From Psammoneis japonica (lineage: Eukaryota): a stretch of 64,000 bases of DNA. Positions within the stretch are counted from its first letter, which is position 1. Each line of letters begins with the position of its first letter. The position numbers and the translations under genes were made by a program. Shown in pieces: positions 1 through 15,000 of the stretch. The notes below the pieces were generated by a model that saw only the letters and a program-made list of their open reading frames with translations, made no database searches and was not told the origin of the DNA. Location: the NCBI GenBank assembly GCA_008632985.1, contig QPGO01000082.1:248001-312000 (forward strand), given 5' to 3'.

Positions 1-1427
1 CGGTTGCTTCTTCTTGTCGCTCTTGCCCTTCCACTTATACTCCGGCCCGGATCGGTGGAGAATATCAGCGACACGCTGCGGTCCATAGAGAAACGACCTT
101 GAGCTGCCACTCGTTTTTCCTAAGTGTGTAGAGCTATGCCGACCAGGGTATTCACCAGGCACAGTAGCAATTAGGTGAGCCTGAGCATCTTCAAACTTGT
201 ACCGGCTTCTCAAATCATCAATGCTAGCCATACCAAGATGCTTTTTCAGAAAAGCTTCAGGAATCATCTGGCCTTCTCGTGCCGCGTTCGACTGGAACTG
301 AAGAAAATTGGCCAGGACATGGCCAAAGTCTGATCCATTCTGTCGCATCTCGCTTGTAACCTTGGGTGGCGACTGCGCTGGTCCAAAACGTTGTACCCAG
401 GATCCATCCGTTGACCGTGGTTTTGTCAAGTTGCCGGTTGAAACGACAACGACAACTGATCCGCCCTTCTCAAACAAAATCATATACTTGGGATGGTGAA
501 CTCCAAGCTTGCGTTTTCTACGATTCACAATGGATGGATCTACGCTTGTGCAGTCTGCAGCCTCGGTACCTCTACTTGACGGTTTGGCAGGACTTTGCAT
601 AGAAGGAGCAGAGCTTAACGCGTCGCTCTTGATTGGAGGTAGCCACGTCGTCAAGATCTCGGTAAAATATACGCAAGCATTGAAAGCCGACATGCTCCGT
701 CCCCTTGTTTTGTATGTACTCGTGTTCAACCACCCCTCCTCGGGTGGAGGCTCCTCGATCTCTTGTTTAACAACTGCGTTTCCACTGACGCTCGAAAGAC
801 TCAAAACAGCCTCTGCTTTAGCATTTCCGGATTTGACCTGCTCAGAAGTACCGGAGAATAGTTCGGTCGATGTCTGCTCCTCGTCGCTGTAGTCGTCTAC
901 AAAAACAGCGTCTCCCTCTCTCTTCTTCATTGCTTGAGATTCTGATATGACTGCGTCGGGTATGCCTCAGAAATCGGAGCTTCCATGACATCAGAACTAC
1001 CATACTGAACCGGCAAAGCAGCTTGCGCCTCTTCAGTTCTCATAACAAGACCCTTGGTCCCATGCAAAACAAGAGTCGGTACAGAGCCTTCCGCAAAGAG
1101 GGACGGGAATTCTTGAACCATCCAATCAGGCTCCAGCGTGTAGGTCGCAACAATGGCCGCTTCGAGTTGAAGTGATGCCACCAACCGACCGCGGTCCAAC
1201 AAGGGCGGAGGAGTGCGTGCACCACATGTACACTCCGCCATATAGCCAGGCGATTCCGTCATCTCCGCAGGGCGATGGAGGTAAAAGCGATCACTCGAGT
1301 AGTCAATGCCGTCCACGGTAATTTTCGGCACGGGGTCTCTGCAACAGGCAGAAGAGTCGTCGCTATCGCTTTCGTCGCCGCGGCCAATGCCACGACGCTC
1401 CCACGGACGTGAAGCACGTTTTGGCAT
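1..1427 (-). CDS. TDP1: Tyrosyl-DNA phosphodiesterase 1-like (phospholipase D superfamily), runs off the left edge
   Basis: ORF 927-1427 (AAIVATYTLEPDW...TLVLHG) continues after a frameshift near 930-1020 into a frame reading GVHHPKYMILFEKGGSVVVVVSTGNL (HxK motif) and AHLIATVPG, typical of TDP1. Confidence 0.8.
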
Positions 1428-1837
1428 GATTCTCGATAATGTTACTACCGCTTAAGTTGGAAGGAAGTTAAAGTATAATGCCAAGACTCTGAGCTGCGCT
1501 GATGATGATGCTTCGAATGTTGTCTGTGTCTCGATCGAGAAAAAATGCGCGACAGTGGGTGACCGCGGAGAAACAAGATGGCGCGCGCTTGAGCTCGATA
1601 CTGCGATATCAATGAACAATATTCATGAGGAAGTACCAAACCTACAAAATCATTCCAAATTTATCTATTAAGTTTGCTCTCCAACACGAACTTGATCGGA
1701 ACTCCCGCAGCTCTGCCCATCTGTTACCAAGTGTCGCCACACTTATTGTGCCTAGAGAGCTCTATTCGCAGAAAGCAAGAATTTGGGAGTGCTCGCATCC
1801 GATCCCCTGCGCTGCTCCGCAGATCCGATGCCAATAG

Positions 1838-3002
1838 TCAAGCGCTTTCACTTTTTCCATTATTGCTATCTCTGTACGACGACGCCAATCTTTGCACATC
1901 AAGTAAAACAAAGAGAGAAGCGGGTAACGTCACTGCCGCTGCCGTTGTGACATCCAGATGAGAGGGTAAATCGACCACGAGAGACCCGTACTTTACCAAG
2001 TAACAAAACACCAGGGCGACACTGAGCGACTTGACCGCATACATCGGAGGACTGTCCATTTCTGGGGGCGGAGGAAGTTCTCTGATGGAATCAGTAGGCG
2101 AATCTATTGCTAGCTGCCATGCCGTAAAGGCTGCAATGGCGTTACCCAAGAAAAGAAGAATTCCAAATACTAGATACAACGGCGCAACTTGATTGTAAAA
2201 CATATGGAAGGTGATAATTGCAACGTTGCCGAATTGCAATGGAACCAAGCTCCACCCTAGCTTCTTCATCGATGGATTGCCCGAAACGTGCTTCGCCCAC
2301 AGAATTATAAATCGCAGCAGCATTTGGAATTGGCTTATTTCCAGGATGTGGTTGAACCAGGTGGCAACAGAGAGAGCATTTGCAGGCTCCCCATTGCACC
2401 GACGCAATCGAAAGGTCGAGCAAACCATACCAATGAGGCGAATGTACTCCGTAGCCTCTCAAGTATTCCGATAAAGAAATAGCAACAATCACACTGGTGA
2501 TGACCACACAGTATCGTAGGGCCGTAGCGTATCCCGGATCATCTCGACCATCCATGTCGTTGTCACGAATTGCCTCAAGGAGGGAAATATTGGCGACAGT
2601 GTACCCCGTGGCAAACAAGGAGCTGATCATTCCATGAACCCAATCACAGTCAAAAAAGCTAACTCCGTAGGTTTGTTGCGTAAAGAACTCCGCTGGTCCA
2701 GCAAAGAGACCGAGCAGAAAGACCCAAGCGAATCCGATGGTCGCACCCTTTGGGAAGGTCGTGAGCTTGTTCATAAAGTAAACAAATATTCCATAGGGAA
2801 CAGCACTAGAGGCAAAGACGGGAACCAGCAGAGTATTGGTCTCAGGGACTGTCAGACTGGAGAAATCTGCTAATTCCAGGCTGACCTGACGTCCTCGGAT
2901 CGGCCTCGTGCGCGGAGTGACGACGAAGGCCTCAGTTTCTGAGCCAACGAAGAGCGAGTGGAATAGCACTGCAAGAAGTATCATCATGTTCATGCTGGGC
3001 AT
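1838..3002 (-). CDS. Probably plastid-targeted membrane protein, DUF3593 + DUF2499 (Ycf49-like) fusion; split by one frameshift near 2420
   Basis: Signal peptide ending TEAF-VV; VFASSAVPYGIF...YGVSFFDCDWVHG resembles DUF3593; ANALSVATWFNH...FHMFYN...LGNAIA resembles Ycf49/DUF2499. Confidence 0.7.
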
Positions 3003-3104
3003 TTTTCGATATGTGATGATGAAAGTGGTTGTTATGTCGTATTCAGTGGATGGCTCTAGATGGATGCATCCATCGTTAAAATTCAGATTCTCAATTCTGG
3101 CTGA

Positions 3105-3860
3105 ACGCAGATGGCAATTGCAAGTGTCATATAGCCATCTATAAATATAGTTGATAATTTAGATATAGAAATCCTATGACTTGAAAATACTGACAGTAAT
3201 CATTAATTCGAAATTCCAACGAGTAGTTCAGAGTGTATGATACTGTATTCCGTTGACTCTTTCACAACTTGAACTATGGGGCAATTGGGCGCAGCTGCTG
3301 GCGCCTCACAGAATTTCAACATCATCGCTCGCAAACCAATACCATAAAACATTACAGTTGCTGTAATTGCGAANAAAGAGAATTTCATGTTCGCACCACG
3401 ATGATTCGCTGCTCATCTTCGCTCTGCTCTGTCGCGATCGAATCGTATTGTGCTTTTGTTTCATTATCTCACTCATTTTCTTTGATACATTCGTTTCAAA
3501 CACTTGTCTCACTCATTTTGTTTATGCACTCGTTTCAAACACTTATGGGCGGAAAGAGAGTTGGTGATCACGTCATGGAGGAAGGCGATGATGGGCTGTT
3601 TCTGTTTGGGACCCATTTCCAGACGCGCAGATGCCAATTGCAAGTGTCATGTGACATACATATTAATAAATGTAGTTGATCTTTTAGATATAGAAATATT
3701 ACGACTTTTAAATACTGTCAGTAATCATAATGCGAAATGCCAACGAGTAGAATATTGGGGCAATAGAAGGCGCAGCTGCTGGCGCCTCACACAGAATTCA
3801 ACATCGCTCGAAAACAACACCAAAACGCATTACTGTACCGGTACACTAAAAGCACTGCAA
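3105..3860 (+). repeat. Diverged intergenic direct repeat (~3105-3360 and ~3625-3860) with a short tandem duplication at ~3467-3545
   Basis: Shared blocks gcagatg(g/c)caattgcaagtgtcat, ttagatatagaaat, gcgcagctgctggcgcctcaca; ttcgtttcaaacactt occurs twice between them. Confidence 0.75.
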
Positions 3861-4015
3861 TTGCGAAACAAATATCATAGTTGAATATCTGAGCCTGTGC
3901 AAATAGGGCCCTACTACTGTACCGTGTAAAACGACTCCATGTACGGAACTGTATCATAGCTTTTCATCCGCCCCTCCTGTCAAAGGCTAGCAAGTGATTC
4001 ATTTTCAGAGAAATA

Positions 4016-5931
4016 ATGAAGATCTCTTTAACGCTGAGCGCAATCACCGCCGCCTGTGGCGTGGCGTCGGATAAGTCTGCTTTTGCGTTCGTTGCCTCGC
4101 CTCTTCCCACCCCGACGCCGACAAAAAACTTGCGGAGCTTCTCATCGTCAAAATTCTCCCTTTTTCTTCGACGGTTCAACCTCAATGAGGAGACTGGAGC
4201 AGAGGGATCTCGTAAGACATCTGAGTCAAAGAGGAGCCTGATTTTGTGTCCTCCAGAAGAGAAACTTGAGCAAGACTTTAGCCACACTGCCTTGGTTCTT
4301 CTCCCTGGTTGTCTCTTACAGCCACAACAATACGAAGCTCTAGCCAGGGCAGTCCAGCATGAGTCGAAGCAAGCGATCTGGATCGTTGTTCCGAAACTCC
4401 CCCTCGACATGGCGAATCCAGTGACGGTTCCCAGTGCTTTGAACGAGTCTCTCAACGCTCTCCGAGACGCCGGATATTCCGGTGAAAAGATCTTTTTAGG
4501 AGGCCATTCTTTAGGTGGTGTATTCTTGCCTGATATATTTGAGAAAGACTTTGATGATGAACGGGTTGCTGGCTTGATACTGCTCGGGTGCTTTTTAAGT
4601 CGGGACCATCGGAAGAAACTCAAACGCGGCGCCTCTGAATCGTTTGAGAAAACGCCTCGACTGATCCTCTCTGGTGACCTCGATGGACTGGTTCGCGTCT
4701 CACGCATTGCAGAGGATTTTCATAATCAGGTAGTTAAAGAGGGAAACTCAGAGAAGGAGCGTCTCCATCACTCAGTGGTTCTCGTAGAGGGAATGGTAAG
4801 TGTCCTTTCACACTAGTTACGTTGTGTACTAGTACGTGTACCGGAGTTTGACGACTCACCTCTAGCCCCCAACCGAATTGATGTTGCAGAATCACTTCCA
4901 ATTTGTCGAAGGGAAGTACCCCATTATTCATCAAGTTCGAGATTTGAAGCCAGAAATTAGCGACGCGGAAGCCGTAAAAGCTGTTGCTTCTACTATGGCC
5001 AGTTCGTGGACTGCCACAGTCTCGAGGGAAACCACGCCGTTGTAACAAAGCAACGTCTTCTGGCCAAGATCTCTTCAACAGAACAGTATTTGAAGCCCCT
5101 TCTACAGGCCATGGCTTATGAGGGAAGTTATCACATGGACACGCCTTGCCATTACTGCGAGAATGAGGATGAAGATGAATTGTGCGATGTTGATTGCAAT
5201 GTAGGCTCACCCTGGGCTGCCAAGATTCAAGAGCAAATTTTGAACACTAGCGGGCTCCTCGGTTTTGGAGCCGAACGTGCTACAAATGTCAGAGATGAGT
5301 TTCGGGAGAGTTGGTGGATTAACCCATTAGCCGATCCACCCTTTTACCATCCTCATGTAATGTCGCCGACGACGACAGCGTAGAATTGGGAACTGTCACA
5401 GAAGCTGTGTACGAGAAATCTGATTACTTCTTCTTCGACGGCGGACTCTTTTCAAATACAGCACGGGAGCTTCGATCGAAATTCAACTCCATTGAAGCCA
5501 TCCTACATGCCATAGGAGATGGAAAAGAGTCACCACAGATTAGCGAAGAAAACATTTGCAGCAAGATGAACGCCATGACAATCAAGTGGGCATTCGAGAA
5601 TGCCCCACATAGAGTAAAGAAACGATACTTGGATCGTGGTACCAAACTCAAGGCCGGCAAAGACATTGAACATCACAGTGGTCCATCCTGGATCTGGACG
5701 TATCTTGATTTTACCAAGACAGGTGATTGTAGCGCTGGTTTCGAAGACCATGCAGTTGGTGTTGGTGAAGAGGAAGAATGTCGCATTATCGATTCGCACA
5801 CAATGAAAACTCCCCTTGATCATCCTGTCCCGGCAGCAGGTGGAAAGCTCTACTGCAAGCTACTTTCTCCTGCAAGGGTGTTGGACTGGATGTACACTGA
5901 CTCGTTGCGGGGAGCAAAAGAAGCTTCGTAG
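4016..5931 (+). CDS. Secreted alpha/beta hydrolase; intron 4796-4889; apparent 1-nt frameshifts near 5000 and 5380
   Basis: N-terminal signal-like sequence, GGHSLGG nucleophile elbow, SGDLDG, and GM|NHFQF joined across a GTAAGT...TTGCAG intron. Confidence 0.8.
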
Positions 5932-6357
5932 TGGAGACCTACCCATGTATTGGAATCGAAGACAAAGGATGGTTTCCACTACTCGCTGCAGGGAGCAAAA
6001 GAACCAAAGTGCTGTACTACAGTAGAGACCTGCCCATAAATGACCAGTTGAAAGCAAGAGCTTTCGGAATCAAAGACCAAGATTGACATGCTCATTACTG
6101 AATTTACAGAGAAAACAGAAGAAGCAGTAGAAAGTCCAAACCACTGCAGAGCATTAGGCCCCAATTTCGCCTTACTTAAAGGGCTGCCAGTGTTAATAGA
6201 GCAAAACTACTACGGTACTCCTTTCCGTACCCATCATGCACGCAACGATACGATGAATGCAATGTAACTATAAATGTATTGTTTCTCAATTAATAATATC
6301 GTACGTCTTTAACAATCCAATAACTCACAACGAAAGTCACGTTGAACAAAGCTCGGT

Positions 6358-8660
6358 TTAGCCACTGTAAGCAAAGAAGTTCATAAGGATGTCCGTGCCT
6401 GTCTGACGCAAGTCAGCACTGTCCTGTTTGTTGAAACAATCCTGAAAGGGCTTCATCAGCCCAGCCTGTTCCATCTCAAACCAGCACTCAAAGTTCACTG
6501 AGAGTACCTTGAGGGCATCGAATGCCGCGGTCAAAACATGAATATTGACTTGGTGCAACAGCATGGCATTCACAAGTGCGCTACATCCACCAGCTTCGAT
6601 GACGCTCAGGGTATCATCGAGCGATCCCAACACGCAACAAGCGTACTTTTGGATGTTTGGGTTTCTCTCATGACGTTTCATTGCGTCGACAATTATCTTC
6701 AAACTACCAGACTCGGCGATTTCACTGCTGCTCGAGCCAGAGCCGTTTGAAACATCGAGTAACGACGTAAACGCCTCCTCGACAGCAGCAGGCTCTTCCT
6801 GGTTTTGTAACTGTTTCAGCAAATCAGCGACAGAGACGTCGTTCATGCTAAAAGTACGAAGACTACCACCCGTATCCTCGAATTCGTCTCTCAGGGACGA
6901 CACCATGGCTTTTGCCAGTGACATACGATCTCGAACGATGTTGGCGTCATTACGACAAACGGGGTCCACAGAGTGGGTCGCTGCCGATTGGAGCAAAGGC
7001 TCCAAGTCACGATCAAGCTGCAACAGTGTGTGAACATTGACGTCGTTGTATGTGTAGTTCTTGAGGGCAAAGCACGAAACCGACATGACTGACTTGACTG
7101 ACATGTTGGATCGATGAGCTTCCATGGCATTTACCACTGCTTCAAGTTCGTCCCTCGTTGCCCTGGCCACCTGTGAACCATCCACTTCAATCGACACATT
7201 GGACAAAAAGACGACTCCGTCTCGTTGAATGGCCTCTACACGACGTTGGTGATTCATCGAATCCAATACAAACAACTTGACGTCCAGAGCTACGTACTCT
7301 TTTCGAATCTCGGTATCCGGTGACATGGCTCGAAGAGCCCCGATGGCCGCCTCTACCACGTGCGCATCTCTGGGATGCACCTGAAGAGCTCGGAGAACTC
7401 GAGAGACGGAGCCTGCCTTTGACAAGACACGATGATTCTTCGGGCTGCCAGCCAAGGCCCGAATAATACCACAACCACGTTCTTGCACAAGGAGAGCGGT
7501 GAGGTGCATCTTCATGGCTAAAAGAACGTCCTCCAGGGCAGTCGATGAGATGAAACTTTCCCTGACGCCCGCGTTGGTCTTGCAAAAGTTCCACACAGTA
7601 CCAAGACAGAACACTTGAATGGCTTCCGCATCGGGATGCGATTTCATTGCGTGAGTTAATACGTCCACCGCAAAGTCAGGATTGCCAGTTGCTGTTAAGT
7701 CCTTCACCAAGGTGTCAAGTTCATTCAGAGTGCTTTCAATCACCTCCTGAGAGTCTCTGGTGACTTGTCGGGATGAATCTCCAGCAGAGTCGAGAGCAGA
7801 GCCGTTTGATACAGGCTGGGAAGGTGTAGGAGAAGTATGCGTGGAATCGCCTTCTGATTCAGAGTCAGATATGTCCCCAAAGTCAATTTTGGAAATATCC
7901 ACCTCAATCAGAGTGGATCTCCGAGTCGGTCGTCTACGACTGTCAGAGTGGCGTTTGTCAAACATATCCTCCAACGAACTAGCTTCGGAAGCAGCGGAGA
8001 AGCGCTTCCCAGTTTCTGGCTCTGTTCGCTTCCCTTTTTCTGACATTTGAGCACCATGCTTGCTGCTTGAATTGGCAAGATCTTGACTCTTCATCAGGCC
8101 ATCGTCTTCCATATTTGTAACTTCTGCTAAGGTCGACATGGCCTCGTTCACTCTAGATGAAACTGACTGGAGTGACTTTGCCTCTGTTTTTTCGCTCTCT
8201 CAAAGCCAATTCGAGAGGAGGCACTCGTCATACGGTTTGCCATGATTCGACTCACAGAACCGCCACCTGTTCCACTCGACAGTTGCCGGAAACTAGTCAT
8301 CTTCCCGCCGGGTGGCAGTCTCGGGTCTTTTTGCGGGTGACACAGCAAACAGACGCCATTGTAGCTCTCCCCAGTGACGTTTCGAGGTTCTTTACTGGAT
8401 GACAGGGGATTAAATCGAGATCTTTTGACATCATAAATCCGCACTGGTTCTCCCATACAAGTCAAACAAAAGCCCTGGCGCTTTCGGAGCTCTTCAATCT
8501 GTTCTCGACGCAACACCGCACCGTCGCTACTCAGGCACATTTCTGTATATGATAGTGTCATGCGCATCGGATCTCCTGACTTTTTTGGAGGACGTTGGCT
8601 TCTAAACCGCTTACTACTCTTACGCGATGCCACTAGGGCAGCGCGTGGGTCGTCCGCCAT
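6358..8660 (-). CDS. Armadillo-repeat protein with N-terminal Cys-rich domain; frameshift or intron near 8150-8200
   Basis: ORF 8148-8660 (GFCLTC...GVCLLC) abuts ORF 6358-8151 containing repeated AMxxH...VQxxGC ARM-type units. Confidence 0.75.
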
Positions 8661-8965
8661 GGTCCTTGATACGTCGACGGCTGCAAGTAAAAGAAGAGGT
8701 CACCTCTTGCCTCTTGCGACTTCGAAACTTGAAACTTGCGACGAACCTCGTGATGATGTTGTATGCTGTCGTTTTTCTCATAAAAAATTTGTGTTAATGT
8801 CCGCCGGAACTGTACTACTGAAAAGATAACGTAGCCTTCTACGAAAAGGTTTATCTGATATCTACATGTATGAAGTATATTACAAAAAGGTATTTAAGAT
8901 CAGACATAAACTGGTCACCGGTCTTCGGTGACTGCGATGCCGGTAACCTTACAGTGCGACTAACT

Positions 8966-9096
8966 GTAGCTTGCTCTACTCTCTAGCTAGCTAGCTCTCT
9001 AGATAGAGTAGAGCACTGTTTGACAGTGCCAGAGAGCAGGGCCCTAGAGTAGAGAGTGACGGACATGACCTGACTCTCTCTGCCATCTAGCTAGAG
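8966..9096. repeat. CTAG/TAGAG-rich low-complexity tract with an inverted repeat
   Basis: gctctactct at 8973-8982 and its reverse complement agagtagagc at 9005-9014 flank ctagctagctag. Confidence 0.7.
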
Positions 9097-9099
9097 ACT

Positions 9100-12000
9100 C
9101 CTGCCCTTGTCCTGCCTGCAACAAGAAAACAAATGCAGCACAGGGGGGCCTGGGCAGATTTCTGGTGCAAAATTTAAACAGAAAATCGCGTGGGAAATCT
9201 CACTCGTGGTGTTTTTCCCCGTGCTTTGCGAATCACAGGCAGACCATGACCTCAAGGAATCGATTTCAGTCACAACTGTCAGTTGACACTTTGATGTCCA
9301 TTGCACCAACCTCACAAAGTTCAACGAAAGTGAGGTGACCCAATGGGCTTTTGTTGCTTCCTCTCATTCTTCCAAAGAGGAGCAAAGCAACAACAGCCAA
9401 CTGGACAGCTTCATTGCTGTTGATGCATCAAGGATCATGCCTTTGCTGCTGCACTGGCTGTGCTTGTGTGCTTTGCTTGCAGGAAGATGAGTGACCAAGC
9501 GGTGCCAAATGCGGAGGCAGGGCAGCCTCCACCAAGACAGAACACAAACTGGCAAGGCCAAAATGATGCTGCACCACTGGCAGTGCAGCAACCTCTGTCA
9601 GTGGGCAACATGCCACCACTGCCTCAGGCACCAGTGCCACCCATGGTGCCAAAAGTGGTGCCTGCAGTGGGAGGACAGCAAGGAGCACAACAACCTCTGC
9701 AAGCACACAGCCAGCACCTCAGATTGCACCACCACCACCACTGGTCACACGCAATTGCCAGGATCATCACAAAAATGCTGGAGCGAATGATCCATGGCTT
9801 CCATTGGGCCTGTGCAGATTTCATGGCAGACTTTGCAGCCCCATCACAGGGACAGTTCCAACACAACCCGGCTGCCCTTCATGGGCAAGTCATGGCAACG
9901 TCAAGTCATGACATGCCTGTGGCATGCACAACGCACTGTCACACCCAAGATGATGCCAACGAGGGTGTCACACAAGTCATGCACCACATGTTGCTGCTTG
10001 CCTGCTCATGGCAATGGGGCCACTGGAGCCATGGGATGGCAACACCTGTGCTGTTGTGGGTGACATGGCACAGGGACAGTTTGCCCTCACCCCTGTCAGT
10101 GATGCTGCATTTCAGTTGGCGCCACATGGAACATGGGCACCAATGCATGCTGTGCTCCAGCAGCATGTTGCGGTGACACCCAAGGGACTGCACTCACACT
10201 TGTGGTTGCTGATGCCACAGATTCTGAGAGGAGGTGCACACCCAATGCAGCCATTGCAGCCAAAGGTGGCACGCACAAGAGCAGTCCGATGTCATTTGCT
10301 TTAAATGCTGTGACTTGTTTGCCAGTTTTCTTGTCCAGCAGCCGGAACACCTCCACCACTTGGTTCTTGCAGCATGTTATGTGGCACTTGGTCTTCACAC
10401 CCTTTGGACTCAGGATGTTTGCTGTTGCGGGTTTTGACCCCAGCTTCATGTTGCCCCAACCTGGCACAGTGCAGTCCTTGTCCAGGGTGTTCACTCTTGT
10501 GTTTGTGGATGGGCCAATCTTGATCTTTGCCAGTCACACATTGTGTGCCAATCTCCAGCTTGCTGCCATGCCAAGGGCAGAGCAGTTGTCAAGGACCATC
10601 TCATCAGCCTCAATGCCCATGCTGGTCTGGCTCATGCTTGTCTCTGGTCACTCATTGACCAGTTGTGACCCATGCCAAGCAGCTCCCTTGCTCCAGATTG
10701 AACATGTCAATCTGGTGGCATTGATGCTCACATCACTGTCCACCAAAGAGTGGTCATCATTGCCATCTCTTGTCAGTGCATGACTCTGCCCTCTCAGATC
10801 TGGTTTCCTTCTGGTCTTTTTGAAACAGTCATTGGCAGCTGCCTTGTCCTTGTGTTGGCAATCTGGGGACTTGTGGTCTTCCTTGCTGCAACAGTGACAC
10901 ATTGTCTTGCCTTGTGTGTCACCCTTCTGGGCATGGCTCTGGATCTTGCCCTTGTTCCCATTCTTGTCCTCACCATTCTCATTGTCACAATGGTCAGGAT
11001 TCTTGGCACATTTCTGCTTGTTGCCCCACTCATGATTGAGCAATGCATCCATTGCTCTGTCCAGGTCTTTTGGGCATGCATCATTTCCCAGACTGCACAG
11101 TCTCTCACAAAACTTTGCTTCAATGTCTTGCAGCAATGGCCGTTGCTGTTCTTGATGAACATGAAAGCAGTCCAGGCCTCAAATGCCATCTTCTTCAGCT
11201 CAGCCTGCTTGCCAGTGCCACTTGTCTTGTGCTCCTTGGTGTTCTCAATGAACCCATTTAGCATCTTGCCAGCACCCAGACCATCTCTGGTGGAGTCTTG
11301 TTGGTTCTTGAATCTTTTGACAGGCAATCTGCAATGGACTCATTCTCTTGTTGCCTCACCTGCAGTGTGTTCTTCAGGGAAATGCACAGAACAGATGTTG
11401 ATCATCCACAATCATGGCAAATGCCTTTGATTTGTTCTCTTCAAACCGTCTCAGCTTGGCACAGCAATCTTTGGATTCTGCATGATGCTTGCACTCACAC
11501 TGTTTGTTCTTGTGTTCCGTGTCCTTTGGGTCAGCCTTGCATGTGGAGTCATCTTCATTGGGTGTGATCTCTGGCTGTTTCAATTTTGGCTTTTCTGCCA
11601 TAAAGTCAGGATGCGTCATGTCCTCTGGGGACCTTGCCACACATTTGCCCTGTTTAAACTCCTTCTGTGTGCATCTGCTGATCTTCTCTTTGACATCTTT
11701 GCATGTTGCATTGCACATGTTGCTGTTCAGGGTTGAAGGATGGAAAACTTCATTTCATGCTTGAAGGACTTCTTGTTCTTGGTGTGGCTCTTGTTGCCTT
11801 TTCCACCATGACCCTTGTGTTGATCATGGTCTTTCCCAAACCTCCCATGTTCTTTGTTGCTCATGGTGCAGACATCAATGATCTTCTGATGGACTGATGG
11901 TCAGGTGTGCACTCAACATGAGCAAACAACTCTCAAGAGTGAATGTTGAACCGGCAAGTCAATGTCACCAAAAGAAAATCCCACCAGGCTTCCTGTGCAG

Positions 12001-15000
12001 TGCCAATGGCCAAATCTCATGGCAGATCAGGAGGGAGAAACACCAACAGATCTTTTTTAGGACTCTTGTCTCACATGTTGAATGGCTGGAGTGCCTTCTG
12101 CCAAAAGCAAATTTGCTTCTTCTCTTGCCACAAAACTCAAGATCTTCAAGCTTCAGCAATCTCTCAGCTTTGCTTTTGAAGAGAAGACAATGTGATGAGG
12201 ACAAATTGAGCTTCCAAGCTTGACAAGAAGAGCTGCTGTGACTGTTGCCACTGTTTGGCCACTCTAACAAGTTGTCACATTGACTGAGCTGTTTGTTTGC
12301 CACTGTTTGTTTTGGTTTTTCCTTCATGGGAGTCAACTCTTTTACTCCAAGAAGAGCTGGAGTCATGTTGCACTCACTTGGTGATGGCAGCATGATGCTG
12401 ACAGTTTTGCCATGTTCCACCTTCAAGCCCAGTGTCACCTCCCCTTGAGGGCACTGAATGGCAGCCAATGAAAGTTGAGTTGTTTCTGGCTGTGCAATCT
12501 CAGCACTGACAGATGATGTAGAGGCATGCAATGTCATGGCAACAACAGCTCAGTTGAATGATGAAAAGAAGAGTGCAGCAACAATGAAGTGATCAAAGGT
12601 GCTGGTTTTTTTTCTGTGGTGCCCAGAGGGCAGCTTTGCACTCATTTTGTGCCAAATTCATGAAGAAACCTGCGTGCTTTTGTCATTTTTTGACTTGGTG
12701 CGGCAATTCTTGTGGAGGGGCAGAGCGGCTCCCTGTTTGGGTGCCAGGAGCTGAGCTGGGATGAGGGCATGTGTGGGACCCTTAGAGGCACATGTGAGTG
12801 GCTTTGACAACTGCGGTGCTCATGCTTGCATTTGCAAAACCACATGCTTCAGAGCATGGCTTCTGACACTTGTTCGCCAGAGCCATGCAGCTGTCAACCA
12901 GAGTGCTGCCTTGGCTTCTTTGCCAAGCAGCCCATCACATGAGATCATGAAAGGACTGAAATGATGCCATCACCCAAGGCAAGGCTCAAGATGCCTGCTG
13001 GTGGACTTTGGTGATTTTGCAAGAAAAATCAAGTGGACCCATTGCTTGCAGCTGCTGGATTTCCACCCAAGAATGCAGTGCAGTCTGTGCATCACTCCCA
13101 CCTGCCTCATGTCATTTCAGCAAAAAGTGCAATCAACCTGCTTTGCACAGGAGATTTCTTGAAGCACATGCAAGCACTTTTCAGGTGAGCAAAAGTGGGG
13201 CAAGTGGGCTTTGTTAAGAAAAAATGTTGGAACACCTGTGTCACGGGGACAGGGATTGCAAAGAACCTGGGCCCATTGAGGAAAAGATGCTTTGACTCCT
13301 GATGTGGTTGACTCAAGTGACTGGTCTCTGGCAGGGAATTTCCTCTGTCACCAACCCCTTGCCTCTGCTTTCACCTCCTTTTTTAGAGTGAGTAATTTGG
13401 TTTGTCACTTGACATGTTGTTCAGCATCACTGGTCAGCTGTTGTTGTCAATTTGTGAGTTTGTGGTTTGCACTGACAACCTCCAGGTGACATTGAACCAG
13501 AAAATTGATGTTGCCAAAAGGGGGCCCTGCTGAGCTTCCTGTGGCACTTGCCAGGTTGCCTGAAGTTGTCAGCACAAACTCCAAACTCAAAAATGACAAC
13601 AGCAGCAGTTGCCCAGCACAATGCACTGGGTGACAAATCAAATGAGCCAAGTGAGCCAAATGATTCACTCCAAAGTGTGAGATAAAAATGGTGATGAAAG
13701 GTTGGCAACAGAGAAAAATCTTCAGCAAACAGTGGCTTCACTTGGTTCACCACATTTTAGAGCCAAAGCATCTTTTCCTCAGAGGACCCAGGTTTCTTGT
13801 GGTCCCTGTGATCCAGATGTGCCCATCACACCCCTGCAGCTCACACCAGCATTTCTAAAATTGGGGAAAATGGTGCTGGGGAGAATCCCCTCTGGCGGTG
13901 TCGTGGCAACCAGATCAGCACCAGCAAAACCTGCTGTCATCTTGTCTCAGAGCACTGACACCCTCCAAACTACAGCACTGCAGGTTGGCACGTTGTCCCT
14001 CATCAGAAAAGTCAATTGTGTCATAGAACAAGATGGCTGCTCCTTGCACATTCTCCACAAAGCACCCAGCAAAGGTGCAACAGATCCTTTCAAATGGGGG
14101 TCTGCTCAGCGGAACACTGGGCAGCGTCTTGATCGAACCACTGGTTTTCAAGGGAGTCAAATCAGAGAGCTCTGCATTGTGACAAGTCCATCTCAAAATT
14201 GAGCTTGTTGCATTGATGTCACAGTTGAAGGTGAGGCTGGCTGTGCTGCCCAATTGCACCGTCCATGCTCCAAACAAGCCAATGATGACTCACATTGTTC
14301 TTGGGACCTTTGACATTGATCTTCACAAGGGGCCACAAACCCCACATGCATCCATGCCAAAGGTGGGGCAACTGCCTGACAACCATGTGCTCAATTGGCC
14401 AGCAACACTGCTGTTTGTGATGCTCAAGACACCCACCACAATGACAATGACAGCACAACATGCAGCACCATTGAGGCAACCGCCAACAATGTTGCCAGCA
14501 CAATGCTCAAGACAGCCACTGGCAACAATGCCTGCTCAGTGCTTAAAATGTCCACTGACAACATTGCTGGTGCAACAATGGAGAAACTGACTTGCAATGT
14601 TGCGCCAGTGTTGTGCTCATCCAAACCAACATTTGAGTTTGAGTTGATGCTTGCTGACTCCAAACTTCCTTGCACCAAGTTGGGGCATTGCTGCCAGGCT
14701 TGTCATGCAATGGCAAGCAGCTCAAGCTGGTCCACTGTGCACCCAATGGCACTGCTTTGAGTTGTCTGCCCTGTTGGTGCAGAGGTGAGCCCAACAAGGA
14801 AATGACAAATTGCAAACAACAAAAGCAATTGCAGCGGTGCTGCGGTGTGTTGTTTTTTGAAGTTGTGTCCAAAATCTGGTGTTTTTTGTATGGGTTTTTG
14901 TGCAATGGCTTTGGGGTCACCCAGAAATGGGGTCACTGCTTTGCTTGAGGAAGAGAAAGCAAGACATTTTTGTGTGACATTTTTTGCCCAAACAGCAATG